Shown here: one piece after another, positions 36,635-46,291 of the stretch | Position numbering within the stretch: position 1 is the stretch's first letter | Layout of the letters: each line of letters begins with the position of its first letter | Source of the DNA: Candidatus Saccharimonadia bacterium | Lineage (GTDB): Bacteria > Patescibacteriota > Saccharimonadia > UBA4664 | Direction: 5' to 3' | Assembly (NCBI GenBank): GCA_036488585.1 | Contig: DASXHH010000021.1 | Location: 1,478 to 65,477 of the forward strand | Length of the DNA stretch: 64,000 bases | Notes under the pieces: model-generated | The model's database searches: none | What the model was told of the DNA's origin: nothing | The model's input: the letters and a program-made list of their open reading frames with translations, nothing else | Program-made: the position numbers and the translations under genes

Positions 36635-38719
36635 ATGAAAATGCCACGCCTCTTGCTCAGGGGCGCCATTATGCTGTTCGTCCTCTTTGCAGGATGGAGC
36701 ATCGGCAGCCCGGCATTCGCCGCCACCGCCAATCCACCACCAACACTCCAGGCACTCACCGCACCCACGGGAGTCAAGGCGGTGCTCGAATCCAACGGCA
36801 CCGTAGTAATCACCTGGAAGCCTCCCGCCGGCAATCCACGGCTTGGTGGCTATATTGTGGAGCGTAACCACTCCCAGCTCACCAAGCTAACCGCCGATGG
36901 CCACGGTGGCCCCACCACCTACACCGACCCACGGCCGCTCACCGGTACCGATATCTACGATATCGAGGCCTACTCGCCCGCAGGTACGGCCGGCCCGGCG
37001 TCGGACGGCGCGTCGCTCTCTGTTACCGGCCAGGCACTCGGCGGCACCAACGCTACTCCCAACCAGGGACCCAGCGGCGCCGACACCGTTGGCCCCAACC
37101 TCCAGGGCAACAACTCACCGACCGCCTTCGAGGTCTACGGCAAAAGCGCCGGGCAGGTCAACGAAACCTACGGCTTCGCGGAGAACCCGTTCAACCGCGG
37201 TTTCATGTCCATGCTTAACATCGTGTGGTATTTCATCACGATGCATGCTTACCTGGCGCTATCGTTCCTCGCCTGGGGCCTCACCCGCAAGTTCTACGCC
37301 CCGCTGGTAACAGTGGTGACCCAGTTCATTACGGCCTACTTTAAGATGCCGCTATTTGGGTCGCTTACCATACTGGCGATGATATTGGGCGTCGGGGCGC
37401 TCTCGCTCCGGTTGCTCAAAGGCCATGTCACCTGGGTCGTACGAGGGCTGGGTATCATCGTGCTGGTAGTTGGAGGCATGACCCTATATGCCAACTTCGC
37501 CCCGCGCGTCGTCCAGACCACCATGAACTACCCGGTGGAATTCGGCGACTACGTGCTCGGCGCCGTGAACGGCGCCTTGCCCGCCAATCCCGGCCACGAC
37601 CAGTTCAACCTGCAAGTCCGCCCCACCTTCAACGGCAACCCCTTCGATCAGCAGGTACGCCGCTACCAGGATGCGGAATGGACCACTACGGTGTACCCCA
37701 CCGTCTGCCAGCTGAATTTCGGCGACGAGCAATGGGCCATCACTCACTTCGTTCCCGACGATTCGGGAGCACCCAGCGGATTCCACCACCTCACCTACTG
37801 TGAGTTCTACCTCGCCACGGTCTCGCACAACGGAGCCGAGCGCGACTACCTCGGTAGCCAGGTTCAGCAAAACTCCCCGCCCGAGGTGTGGGATATGTAC
37901 CAGGGCAACAACCTGCCCCGGCACTACTGGATCGCCACGCTCGGCGGCCTCGTCATAACCATCCGGTCGCTCTACATCGATCTCCTGGCCTTCTCGTTTG
38001 TGCTGGGTGAAGTGTTGATCGCGATCTGGCTGGTTAAGATGGCCCTGATCGGACTGGGAGCCGCCATCGAACAGGTCCGACCGCTCACCAACGACATGGT
38101 AAAACGCATGGTGATCACGGGTCACATCCCGATCGGGGGTGCGATCATCGCGGTCATCGGCCTCGCCCTGTCCAACGAGCTGGCCGCCCGGGCGCCGCAA
38201 TACGGCTGGACAGCCTCCATGGCCTACCAGCTCGCGGTCGCCATCGGCATGCTGGTGGCACTAATCATGATGTGGGTGCGCCGCCGCCACGCCCGGGCCG
38301 AACGGATCCGGATCGACGGCTCGCGCGGTGGCGGAGGCGGAGGCGGCGGCACTGGTGCCACCGTATCCGGGGCTGCCACCGTAGCCGCGGGTGCGGCCAC
38401 TGGCGGAGCTGCGGCCGCGGCCACTTGGACCGCCATCACAGTGAAAGCCTCATCCGCTGGTGGCGGCCAGCCGCGAGCCCGGCAATCACTACCGCCGCCG
38501 CGCAGCGGCCCGCGGTCTGTAGCCGGCGGATCCGCTGGCCCACCCCCAGCCCTACCCGGGCCAGACAGTGGGGGACGGCGGCGGCCGCAGTCCGTTCAGG
38601 GCCGAGTAGTTGAGAGCCGGATCGAACCGCCCGGTATGCCCATGCTACCGCCCAAACCGGCCTCCAGCGGCCGCCCGCCGCGCGCGCTTCCTCCGGGAGG
38701 CTCCGGTTCATCATCCTAA
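36635..38719 (+). CDS. secreted/polytopic protein: signal peptide plus fibronectin-III-like domain plus multi-TM (VirB6-like by position) plus poly-Gly/Pro-Arg tail
   Basis: SD GGAAGGA. Signal peptide AMLFVLFAGWSIGSPAFAATA, then Fn3-like TAPTGVKAVLESNGTVVITWKPPAGNPRLGGYIVE, at least 6 TM helices, and a GGGGGGG/PPRSGPR-rich C-terminus. Confidence 0.55.
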   Translation: MKMPRLLLRGAIMLFVLFAGWSIGSPAFAATANPPPTLQALTAPTGVKAVLESNGTVVITWKPPAGNPRLGGYIVERNHSQLTKLTADGHGGPTTYTDPRPLTGTDIYDIEAYSPAGTAGPASDGASLSVTGQALGGTNATPNQGPSGADTVGPNLQGNNSPTAFEVYGKSAGQVNETYGFAENPFNRGFMSMLNIVWYFITMHAYLALSFLAWGLTRKFYAPLVTVVTQFITAYFKMPLFGSLTILAMILGVGALSLRLLKGHVTWVVRGLGIIVLVVGGMTLYANFAPRVVQTTMNYPVEFGDYVLGAVNGALPANPGHDQFNLQVRPTFNGNPFDQQVRRYQDAEWTTTVYPTVCQLNFGDEQWAITHFVPDDSGAPSGFHHLTYCEFYLATVSHNGAERDYLGSQVQQNSPPEVWDMYQGNNLPRHYWIATLGGLVITIRSLYIDLLAFSFVLGEVLIAIWLVKMALIGLGAAIEQVRPLTNDMVKRMVITGHIPIGGAIIAVIGLALSNELAARAPQYGWTASMAYQLAVAIGMLVALIMMWVRRRHARAERIRIDGSRGGGGGGGGTGATVSGAATVAAGAATGGAAAAATWTAITVKASSAGGGQPRARQSLPPPRSGPRSVAGGSAGPPPALPGPDSGGRRRPQSVQGRVVESRIEPPGMPMLPPKPASSGRPPRALPPGGSGSSS

Positions 38720-38897
38720 CCACCCCATGTACCCCGGCGTGCCCACACCAGCGCGCCGGGGTACACCCAACCCCTTCACGATCTGGCGCGACGGCTATAG
38801 CCAGGAGCTGCCACGCTAGGCCTTGAAGGTCTAGTACCCCTACATCCCCAATATTCCAACCAAAACCAATTCCCGCGATACCGATTGGCGGTAGACC

Positions 38898-39542
38898 ATG
38901 TCACCGTTCCGTAACCCCCGTGTCCGCCACCTGATGATCGGCGCGTTTGTAGCCCTGTTGGTCGTCATAACACTGGTCGCGCACGCCACCTCCAGTGGCC
39001 ATAACACCGCCCGCCCGCCGGCCAGCGCGTCAGCCACTCCTGACCGCGTCTCCGGCCCCGGCACCAACTCAGCCACCGCACCAACCACCGTTCCTGGACC
39101 AACCGCGAGCGGCCAGCCGTCCACCATGACCAAGCTGCCCACTTCCGACCGCCAGGCGGTTACAGCCGTTGTGCGCACCTTCATCGAGAAGGCCTACTCG
39201 TTTAGTTACACCGACCGCCCCGGCGACGTAGACCATCGGGTAAAAGCCTACCTCGCGCCGACGTTCGCTGGCACACTGCCGGAACCCCCCAGTCCCACCT
39301 CCAACGCGGGCCTGGACTTCCAGCGCAGCCGAACCGTGTCGCGGGCCTACGTGGCACACGACACCGACATCAAGTTCAACTGGACCGAAGCTGGTTCCGC
39401 CGGGGTCACCGTTACGGTCACCCGGTCTACCTCCAGCAACACCTCCGATTCGTCCCAGATCAACCAGTTTAACTGCCGTCTCACATTCGTCCGGGGCAAC
39501 GGCACCTGGTTGGTCAGCGACCTGCAAGAGGGGACGTATTGA
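38898..39542 (+). CDS. membrane-anchored protein with Thr/Pro linker and small globular domain (possibly NTF2/VirB8-like)
   Basis: N-terminal TM, a low-complexity linker, then a 110-aa domain. The fold call is an inference from T4SS context. Confidence 0.4.
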   Translation: MSPFRNPRVRHLMIGAFVALLVVITLVAHATSSGHNTARPPASASATPDRVSGPGTNSATAPTTVPGPTASGQPSTMTKLPTSDRQAVTAVVRTFIEKAYSFSYTDRPGDVDHRVKAYLAPTFAGTLPEPPSPTSNAGLDFQRSRTVSRAYVAHDTDIKFNWTEAGSAGVTVTVTRSTSSNTSDSSQINQFNCRLTFVRGNGTWLVSDLQEGTY

Positions 39543-39544
39543 CC

Positions 39545-41293
39545 ATGAAGCTCTTGATGTGGCTAGCCGTCGGACTCATAGCACTAGGAACAATAGTGGG
39601 GGGCTTCTTTCTTCTCACCCTGTTCGTGGTGGCCGGAGCCGGTACGCCAGTCGAAAACTCCACAGTCGTCCCAGGTTGTTCCGGGTCCGCTCGCAACCTA
39701 GCCGCGCCCGCCGCGGTCACAGTTAGGAGCACCCAGCTCAACTCTGCCCAGGTCCACAACGCCGAAACCATCATCGGTGTGGCGAAAAGCCGGGGGCTGA
39801 GTGCGCGTGACGCCGCCATCGGTGTGGCCACGGCCATGCAGGAATCGACGCTCATCAACCTCACCACCCCGGACGCCGTCAATGCCGACAGTATCGGCCT
39901 GTTCCAGCAGCGCCCCAGTATGGGTTGGGGCACTCCCCAACAGCTAGCCAACCCGGTTTACGCCGCCAACAGGTTTTACGACGCCCTGGTAACGATCAAA
40001 AACCGAGACAGCCTGCCCCTTACTGTCGCCGCGCAGGAAGTGCAGCATTCTGCCTACCCGAACGCCTACGCGCAATGGGAACCAATGTCCACTGCGCTGG
40101 CCAACCAGGCCTACCAAGGCGGTGGCTCAGCGGGCGTTGGTACGACTAACCCGGCCGGACCCTTCAGCCTGGCGGCGTCCGCCACTGGCTGCAACGCCCC
40201 GTCCGCCGTCACCACCACCGCGGTTGTGAACAAGGCTGTCCGCGCGGCGCTGTCACAACTGGGCGTTCCGTACGTCTGGGGCGGCACCACGCCCAAGGGC
40301 CGGCCCGGCGCTGGGCTCGATTGCTCGGGCCTCACCCAGTACGCCTACTCCCAGGCCGGTGTAGCCATCCCGCGCGTCGCCAACGACCAGTACAACGCTG
40401 CCCACAAAATACCGCTCACACCATCGGCCCTACTGCCCGGCGACCTGCTGTTCGAAAATTGGAACGAGTCCGGACCCGGCACCGGCTGGGGACACGTGGG
40501 GATGTACATTGGCAATGGCCAGGTTATACAGGAACCCCACACTGGGCTCACCGCGGAAGTTGTCAGCTTCTCGCAATTCGGCGCCCAAGCCGCGGCCCGC
40601 CCCGTACTTCCCAAGGTATCAAATCCCGCCTCGTCAACGCCAAGTGCTCGACGCGCTGGTACAAACTGCACGCCGGCACGACCCTGCACGGTCTTTGGCA
40701 TTGGCGACTCGATCCTCAACCTGCTCGATCTAGACAGTATTCTCACCAAACGGTCCTTTGGACCCGGGTGGACCTACGTCCACAATGCCTCGGGCGGTCG
40801 AGGCGTCACCCAATATGGCGGCATAACCGTCGGGGGAACCGGGTACGATGCGCCCATTACTGGCGACGCCGCCGTCTTCCAGGATGCCTCGGTGGTACGT
40901 ACCGCGAGCGCCATCGTGATCGAGTTGGGTACCAACCCCAATGAGTCCGGCCAGAATTGCCCTGGACCGGATAACTTCGCTGCCTCCGTCCAACAAATGG
41001 TCCACGATATCCGCTCGATCGCTGGCCATCCGGTTCGGCTCTATTGGGTCAATATCGGTAACCAGCGAAGCGACTCGTGCGCCTGGACAATCAACCCGCG
41101 CAACCATGTTCTGAGCTCGCTAGCCAGCCCGCTCGGGTTCCAAGTTATCGACTGGCATGGGGTAGCTGCGCATCACCCTGAGTGGTTCAACGCCGACCCA
41201 ATCCACCCCAATACCGCAGGACAGATGCAGTTGGCCCAGCTCATTACATCGGCTGTTGCCGGCGGCAACTTACGGTTCCGTCAGGGCATCTAG
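39545..41293 (+). CDS. three-domain cell-wall hydrolase: N-terminal putative glycosidase-like domain plus NlpC/P60 peptidase plus SGNH/GDSL hydrolase
   Basis: N-terminal TM. NlpC/P60 residues GLDCSGLTQYAY...GHVGMYIGNGQVI. SGNH blocks GIGDSI, GTNP, DPIHPN. The upstream domain has ESTLINL...DSIGLFQQR. Confidence 0.65.
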   Translation: MKLLMWLAVGLIALGTIVGGFFLLTLFVVAGAGTPVENSTVVPGCSGSARNLAAPAAVTVRSTQLNSAQVHNAETIIGVAKSRGLSARDAAIGVATAMQESTLINLTTPDAVNADSIGLFQQRPSMGWGTPQQLANPVYAANRFYDALVTIKNRDSLPLTVAAQEVQHSAYPNAYAQWEPMSTALANQAYQGGGSAGVGTTNPAGPFSLAASATGCNAPSAVTTTAVVNKAVRAALSQLGVPYVWGGTTPKGRPGAGLDCSGLTQYAYSQAGVAIPRVANDQYNAAHKIPLTPSALLPGDLLFENWNESGPGTGWGHVGMYIGNGQVIQEPHTGLTAEVVSFSQFGAQAAARPVLPKVSNPASSTPSARRAGTNCTPARPCTVFGIGDSILNLLDLDSILTKRSFGPGWTYVHNASGGRGVTQYGGITVGGTGYDAPITGDAAVFQDASVVRTASAIVIELGTNPNESGQNCPGPDNFAASVQQMVHDIRSIAGHPVRLYWVNIGNQRSDSCAWTINPRNHVLSSLASPLGFQVIDWHGVAAHHPEWFNADPIHPNTAGQMQLAQLITSAVAGGNLRFRQGI

Positions 41294-41491
41294 ACCCTGC
41301 AGCGGCCCGGCCTCATTCGCCACCAAGGCGAGCGAGGCCGGGCCTTCATCTACCCCAACGTGCCCTTGACCCGTATAAATACTTATGTTACAATATATTC
41401 ACATTGCAGATAAACTCCGCTATTCTCATGGCGTTGAGATAACTCTGTCCTGTAACTTGTCAGTTTGCTCGCTTTCTTCAGGGAGGATCAG

Positions 41492-41890
41492 ATGCGCAGA
41501 TACCCACTGCCATTCGAATTTCCGGACCGCAAATCGATTTCTGTCCGCGAGGTCTACGACACCTTTCGGGCGAAGCAGGCCATCCCCATCAGGATTCTCG
41601 GCTTTAGCTACACGATCGTTGGTCAGCAAGACAATGGCACCAAGATTTTTCAACTGGTACCATCAACGGCAGGCGAACGTGTCGAAGCGGAACTCTTCTC
41701 GCTTGACCCAAGCACCACGCGCCAGAAGCTCCGGCGTGGTGTCGCAGTCGGCATAACACAAGCCGGCTTGCACAACCCAGACCACGACACAAGCGGGTGC
41801 GCCAAGGACTTCTGGTTCCGTCAGCTCCCTGACGATACCTGGCGGGTAGAGTACCTCGCAGCGTGCCCCACCTGTGCAACCGCCGCCTGA
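41492..41890 (+). CDS. hypothetical protein with C-terminal CPTC
   Basis: SD GGGAGGA and an AT-rich promoter region at 41370-41490. Confidence 0.4.
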   Translation: MRRYPLPFEFPDRKSISVREVYDTFRAKQAIPIRILGFSYTIVGQQDNGTKIFQLVPSTAGERVEAELFSLDPSTTRQKLRRGVAVGITQAGLHNPDHDTSGCAKDFWFRQLPDDTWRVEYLAACPTCATAA

Positions 41891-41923
41891 CCACCACCCG
41901 AAGGAACCCTCGCAGCTGCCGCT

Positions 41924-41953
41924 AAGGCCCACCGACACACGTCGGTGGGCCTT
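41924..41953 (+). terminator. 13-bp perfect hairpin AAGGCCCACCGAC acac GTCGGTGGGCCTT
   Basis: Seen directly, downstream of the 41492 gene and upstream of gltX. Confidence 0.65.
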
Positions 41954-42003
41954 CGTCACGTCTGCGCTTGTTCGAGGGCAAATGTCACGTTAAAATAAGG
42001 TCT

Positions 42004-43440
42004 ATGTCAAGCACTAATTCTCCCGCGCGCGTCCGCTTCGCCCCTAGCCCCACCGGTTATCTGCATATCGGGGGCATGCGATCGGCGCTTTTTAATTGGC
42101 TCTGGGCCCGCCATACCGGCGGCACGTTTGTGTTGCGTCTCGAAGACACTGACCGCAACCGGCTCGTCGAAGGTGCGGCTGAGCAAATCTACGCCTCGCA
42201 CCGCGACCTCGGCATTACGCCCGACGAGGGCCCCGAACAGGGCGGTCAGTTTGGCCCCTATGTGCAGTCCGAACGTCTCGATATTTACCGCGAACATGCT
42301 GAAAAACTCCTGGAATCCGGCGCCATGTACCGCTGTTGGTGCTCACCCGAGCGCCTGACTAAATTGCGCGAGGATGCCCAGAAGCGGGGAGTGGCCTTCA
42401 AGTACGACCGTCACTGCCTCGTACCAGCCAACCGCCGCCCCGAATCCGAGCCGCACGTGCTACGCTTTCACATTCCAGACCGGCCCGAAACCGTCGCCTG
42501 GAGCGACGCCGTGCGCGCCCGCCTTGAGTTTCGCACTGAAGACCTTGACGACTTCGTGGCCATGAAAGCTGACGGCTACCCGACTTACCAGTTCGCCAAC
42601 GTCGTCGACGACCACCTCATGCAAATTAGCCACGTACTGCGCGCCGACGAATGGATCCCTTCCACACCCAAGCACATCCTGCTCTATCAAGCGTTTGGCT
42701 GGGAGCCGCCGATTTTCGGTCATCTACCCGCCGTGCAAGGTCCCACCGGCGGCAAAAAGCTCAGTAAGCGCGACGGCGCCCAATCGGTCCATGAATACTT
42801 GGACGAGGGCTATCTACCCGAGGCTCTACGCAGCTTCCTGGCCAGCCTCGGCTGGAACGACGGCACCACCCAAGAGGTGTACACTACCGACCAACTCGTC
42901 GACCGTTTCACCCTGGACCGCATTCAAAAAAGCCCCGCCCGCTTCGACAAAGACCGCCTCACCTGGGTCAATGGGGTAATGCTTCGCCAGATGCCACTCC
43001 AGAGCCTCCTAGAGGCCGCTGAAAGCTTCTGGCCACCCGTTGCCGCCGAGTACCCAACAGAGTACAAGACTGCCGTCCTGGGGCTCGTACACGAGCGTAT
43101 CAAGTTCCTGGCCGAGATCCCCGAGCTCACCGAGTTCTTCTTCGCCGACCCCAAGCCAGACCCGGCCCCGCTCACCAAGCAACTCGACGTCACCGTCGCC
43201 CAATCAGCGCTCGAGCGCGTCATCCAGGCTCTCCCATCCGACTGGACCGAGCCGGCGCTCGAACATGCCATCCGGCCGCTCGCCGAGAAACTCGATCTCA
43301 AAACCGGCCAGCTCTTCGGCCTCCTTCGCATTGCCCTCACCGGCCGCACTGCCGCCCCTGGGTTGTTCGAAACTATGGCAGTTCTCGGTCACGACGTCAC
43401 CCTTCGCCGCCTCAACACCGCCCTACAAACATTGCGCTAA
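42004..43440 (+). CDS. gltX: glutamyl-tRNA synthetase
   Basis: HIGH-type motif PSPTGYLHIGG and KMSKS-type KLSKR. Confidence 0.9.
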   Translation: MSSTNSPARVRFAPSPTGYLHIGGMRSALFNWLWARHTGGTFVLRLEDTDRNRLVEGAAEQIYASHRDLGITPDEGPEQGGQFGPYVQSERLDIYREHAEKLLESGAMYRCWCSPERLTKLREDAQKRGVAFKYDRHCLVPANRRPESEPHVLRFHIPDRPETVAWSDAVRARLEFRTEDLDDFVAMKADGYPTYQFANVVDDHLMQISHVLRADEWIPSTPKHILLYQAFGWEPPIFGHLPAVQGPTGGKKLSKRDGAQSVHEYLDEGYLPEALRSFLASLGWNDGTTQEVYTTDQLVDRFTLDRIQKSPARFDKDRLTWVNGVMLRQMPLQSLLEAAESFWPPVAAEYPTEYKTAVLGLVHERIKFLAEIPELTEFFFADPKPDPAPLTKQLDVTVAQSALERVIQALPSDWTEPALEHAIRPLAEKLDLKTGQLFGLLRIALTGRTAAPGLFETMAVLGHDVTLRRLNTALQTLR

Positions 43441-43561
43441 AACTCCCTCACAACAGATGGCTGCCACGTGAGAGCCGCTCACATTACCCCAACAGGTTTG
43501 ACAAGCCACGCGAGCGTGCCCTATAGTGACCTCACTTAAGCAAAGTGAGGTTAAACCACTC

Positions 43562-43765
43562 ATGAGTGTTTCTTTCTACGACGTAAAGACCCGTCAGTCC
43601 GTGGAGGTTCCGGAAAGCGATGTCTCCAAGACCAAGTACGAGCGCACCACCAAGGACGGCAAGACCCAGGTTCGCTACGCCCTCCGCGGCAAGTACGACG
43701 GCCGCAACCTCACCAAGTTCGTCGGTCAGGCCGACTGGGATGCTTTCAGCGGTCCAGTAGTCTAA
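43562..43765 (+). CDS. small hypothetical protein
   Basis: 67 aa, preceded by an 8-bp hairpin CCTCACTT aagc AAGTGAGG. Confidence 0.35.
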   Translation: MSVSFYDVKTRQSVEVPESDVSKTKYERTTKDGKTQVRYALRGKYDGRNLTKFVGQADWDAFSGPVV

Positions 43766-43832
43766 ATTCCTGTCCGTAAACCATAAGCAAAAACGTAGCC
43801 CTCACGGGCTCGTTTTTGTGTAGAATGAATAT

Positions 43833-45011
43833 ATGGCGCAATCATCCCAGCCCCTAGCCGAGCCACCGGCTCGCCCGGAAGACCTCATTCCCGAACCTCC
43901 CGGTACTACAGATCCCCAACCCCAAAAGCAGGTACAACCGGACAAGCCCTGGTTTAAGCGCCACTGGAAATCAGTGGTAATTGGTTTCGTTGTGGTCGTG
44001 CTCGTGGGGGCCGGGGCCGCCGCAGCCTGGCAATTCACGCACCAGTCCAAGCCAGCGGCGGCCGTTAAGCCCAGCTCCACCCCAACCACACCGACTCCCG
44101 CACCGTCACCGGTCACCAAAGCCTCGCCGCTCACCGGTTTGCAGGTCGCGCCCGATGTCGCGGGTCAGCCGATTGTGGGCGTAATCATCGAAAACCATAC
44201 CGACGCCCGTCCCCAATCGGGCCTAGGCGATGCCGGCGTAGTCTATGAGGCCAACGCCGAGGGCGGCATCACCCGTTTCGAAGCGTTTTATCTCGATAAA
44301 ATCCCGGCCACCCTCGGCCCGGTCCGCTCCGTCCGCACCTATTTCGTGGACTGGGCTCTCGAATTTAACGCGCCCCTTGCCCACGCCGGCGGCAACGCCG
44401 ACGCCCTGGACGAAATCGGTCCCTTGCACATGAAGGACATGAACGCCCTCAGTTTCGCCGCTGACGGCTTCTACCGCACCACCGACCGTTACGCCCCCCA
44501 CAACCTCTACACCAACCAGGACAAGCTCACCGCGCTCACGAAGCGCCTCGGCTTCTGGGTGCCCTCTAGCTTCACCCCCAGCCCCCGCAAAGCCGACACA
44601 CCTACGCAAAACGCACCCCACCCAGCCATTCACATCGATTATTCCTACTCGGGTTACCAGGTTGACTACAAATACGACCCCAGTACCAACGATTACGCCC
44701 GATTCTTGGCCGGCGCACCGCACATCGACCGCAATACTGGCGCTCAAATTCACGTTAAAAACATCGTGGTGGAAATGATGCCGACTAGCTATGGCACCAC
44801 CCGCATCGGTGAGCAAACTGTCATCATGCAGACCGTCGGCAGCGGCCAAGGCTGGGTGTTCCGCGACGGCCAGGCCATCCCCATCACCTGGTCAAAGTCC
44901 TCGCGCACCGACCGTACCCGTCTCATCGGTGCCGACGGCAAGGATGTTCCGCTCGACGCCGGCAACACCTGGTACTCGATCGTTCCACAGGGCAAAAACG
45001 TTAGCTTTTAG
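43833..45011 (+). CDS. DUF3048 (YerB-like) lipoprotein-type protein
   Basis: N-terminal TM plus Pro/Thr linker, then IIENHTDARPQSGL...VVYEANAEGGITRFEAFY, the DUF3048 pattern. Confidence 0.6.
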   Translation: MAQSSQPLAEPPARPEDLIPEPPGTTDPQPQKQVQPDKPWFKRHWKSVVIGFVVVVLVGAGAAAAWQFTHQSKPAAAVKPSSTPTTPTPAPSPVTKASPLTGLQVAPDVAGQPIVGVIIENHTDARPQSGLGDAGVVYEANAEGGITRFEAFYLDKIPATLGPVRSVRTYFVDWALEFNAPLAHAGGNADALDEIGPLHMKDMNALSFAADGFYRTTDRYAPHNLYTNQDKLTALTKRLGFWVPSSFTPSPRKADTPTQNAPHPAIHIDYSYSGYQVDYKYDPSTNDYARFLAGAPHIDRNTGAQIHVKNIVVEMMPTSYGTTRIGEQTVIMQTVGSGQGWVFRDGQAIPITWSKSSRTDRTRLIGADGKDVPLDAGNTWYSIVPQGKNVSF

Positions 45012-45053
45012 AGTTATGCTAAAATAGCAGCATAAGCTTCATCCGAAACCAAT

Positions 45054-45677
45054 ATGAAGGCAAAAACCAAAAGACGCCTGATCCACATTCTTACTAAGAA
45101 GAAACTCGTCAAGAAGAAGCACTCCAAGCTTATCTTGCGCAACTTTTTGATTGGGTTGGCCACCATTTCGATGGGCTCGCTAGCCTACGCCATTGCCTTA
45201 AACAAGCCCACTGTAGGTGTAGCCGTACACTCGTCGGGTGCAGCCGGCGTTGAGCTTCAGGCCTCACCCGCACCAACCCCCCGCACCGCCGGCGGCGGTG
45301 CCGCCCAAGCCGGCCGCGCCTCGTGGTACGCCTTTGGCCTACCCGCCCCTGACGCGCTTACCTGCGCCTCCCGCACCTTCCCGCGCGGTACCTTCCTGCA
45401 AGTTAAAGACCTCGACAACGACCGCACCATGGTTTGTCTAGTGAACGATTACGGCCCAGCCGCTTGGACCGGCCGTGCCATCGACCTATCACGAGGCTCA
45501 TTCTCGCAGATCGACAACCTTGGACGCGGCACCATCCCTGTCGAGATCCGAGTGGCTTCCGGCCCGTCCGGCTTCAACCTGCCAGTCGAGAGTGACGTCT
45601 TCTCTGCCGTAGTCGGCTACAACCTCTGCCAAAACTCCCACACCGCCCAGTATTGCGACGACCACCGCCAGGACTAG
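45054..45677 (+). CDS. RlpA-like double-psi beta-barrel protein
   Basis: ASWYAFG...TCASRTF...MVCLVNDYGP...IDLSRGSF is the DPBB_1/RlpA signature. Confidence 0.7.
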   Translation: MKAKTKRRLIHILTKKKLVKKKHSKLILRNFLIGLATISMGSLAYAIALNKPTVGVAVHSSGAAGVELQASPAPTPRTAGGGAAQAGRASWYAFGLPAPDALTCASRTFPRGTFLQVKDLDNDRTMVCLVNDYGPAAWTGRAIDLSRGSFSQIDNLGRGTIPVEIRVASGPSGFNLPVESDVFSAVVGYNLCQNSHTAQYCDDHRQD

Positions 45678-45736
45678 CTGTAACTAAAAAGGCTCCGTCA
45701 GGTATACCCGGACGGAGCCTTTCGCTCTACTCTATA

Positions 45737-46219
45737 CTATTTAACATCGAGCAGCTCGACCTCGAACACCAAGGTCGCATTCGGCGGAATTGAGCTACCA
45801 GCCCCTTGCGCACCGTAACCCAGGTCGGGCGGAATCACCAGTTTGCGCTTGCCTCCCACCTTCATGCCAGCCACACCCTGATCCCAGCCTTTAATCACTT
45901 GGCCCTGGCCCAGCGTAAACGAAAACGGCTGGTTGCGATCGTACGACGAGTCAAACTTGGTACCGTTAGTAAGCGTACCCACGTAGTTCACGGTCACGGT
46001 CTTACCGGCCACCGCCTCAGTCCCGGTACCCACCTTTTCGTCGGTCACCACGAGCTTATCGGTCGGACTGGCCGTAGCCGAGGCCGACGGTCCGGGCGAT
46101 CCCGCCGCTGCCTTGTCAGAGTTTGAATTGTTAGATCCGTGAAATAACATAACGGCTCCTACGATTAATACGATTACGGCGGCGGATGCTACGCCCACCA
46201 ATATTTTGGTTCCCAACAT
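45737..46219 (-). CDS. FKBP-type peptidyl-prolyl cis-trans isomerase, membrane-anchored
   Basis: [21 protein letters not shown]...[10 protein letters not shown]...[10 protein letters not shown]. Confidence 0.9.
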   Translation of the reverse strand: MLGTKILVGVASAAVIVLIVGAVMLFHGSNNSNSDKAAAGSPGPSASATASPTDKLVVTDEKVGTGTEAVAGKTVTVNYVGTLTNGTKFDSSYDRNQPFSFTLGQGQVIKGWDQGVAGMKVGGKRKLVIPPDLGYGAQGAGSSIPPNATLVFEVELLDVK

Positions 46220-46291
46220 TCCACTCCATTACTGCAAGACGATTGTAGCATGATGCTGGTCAGCTCAATGGTTAAGCATTAGAATTAAGAC

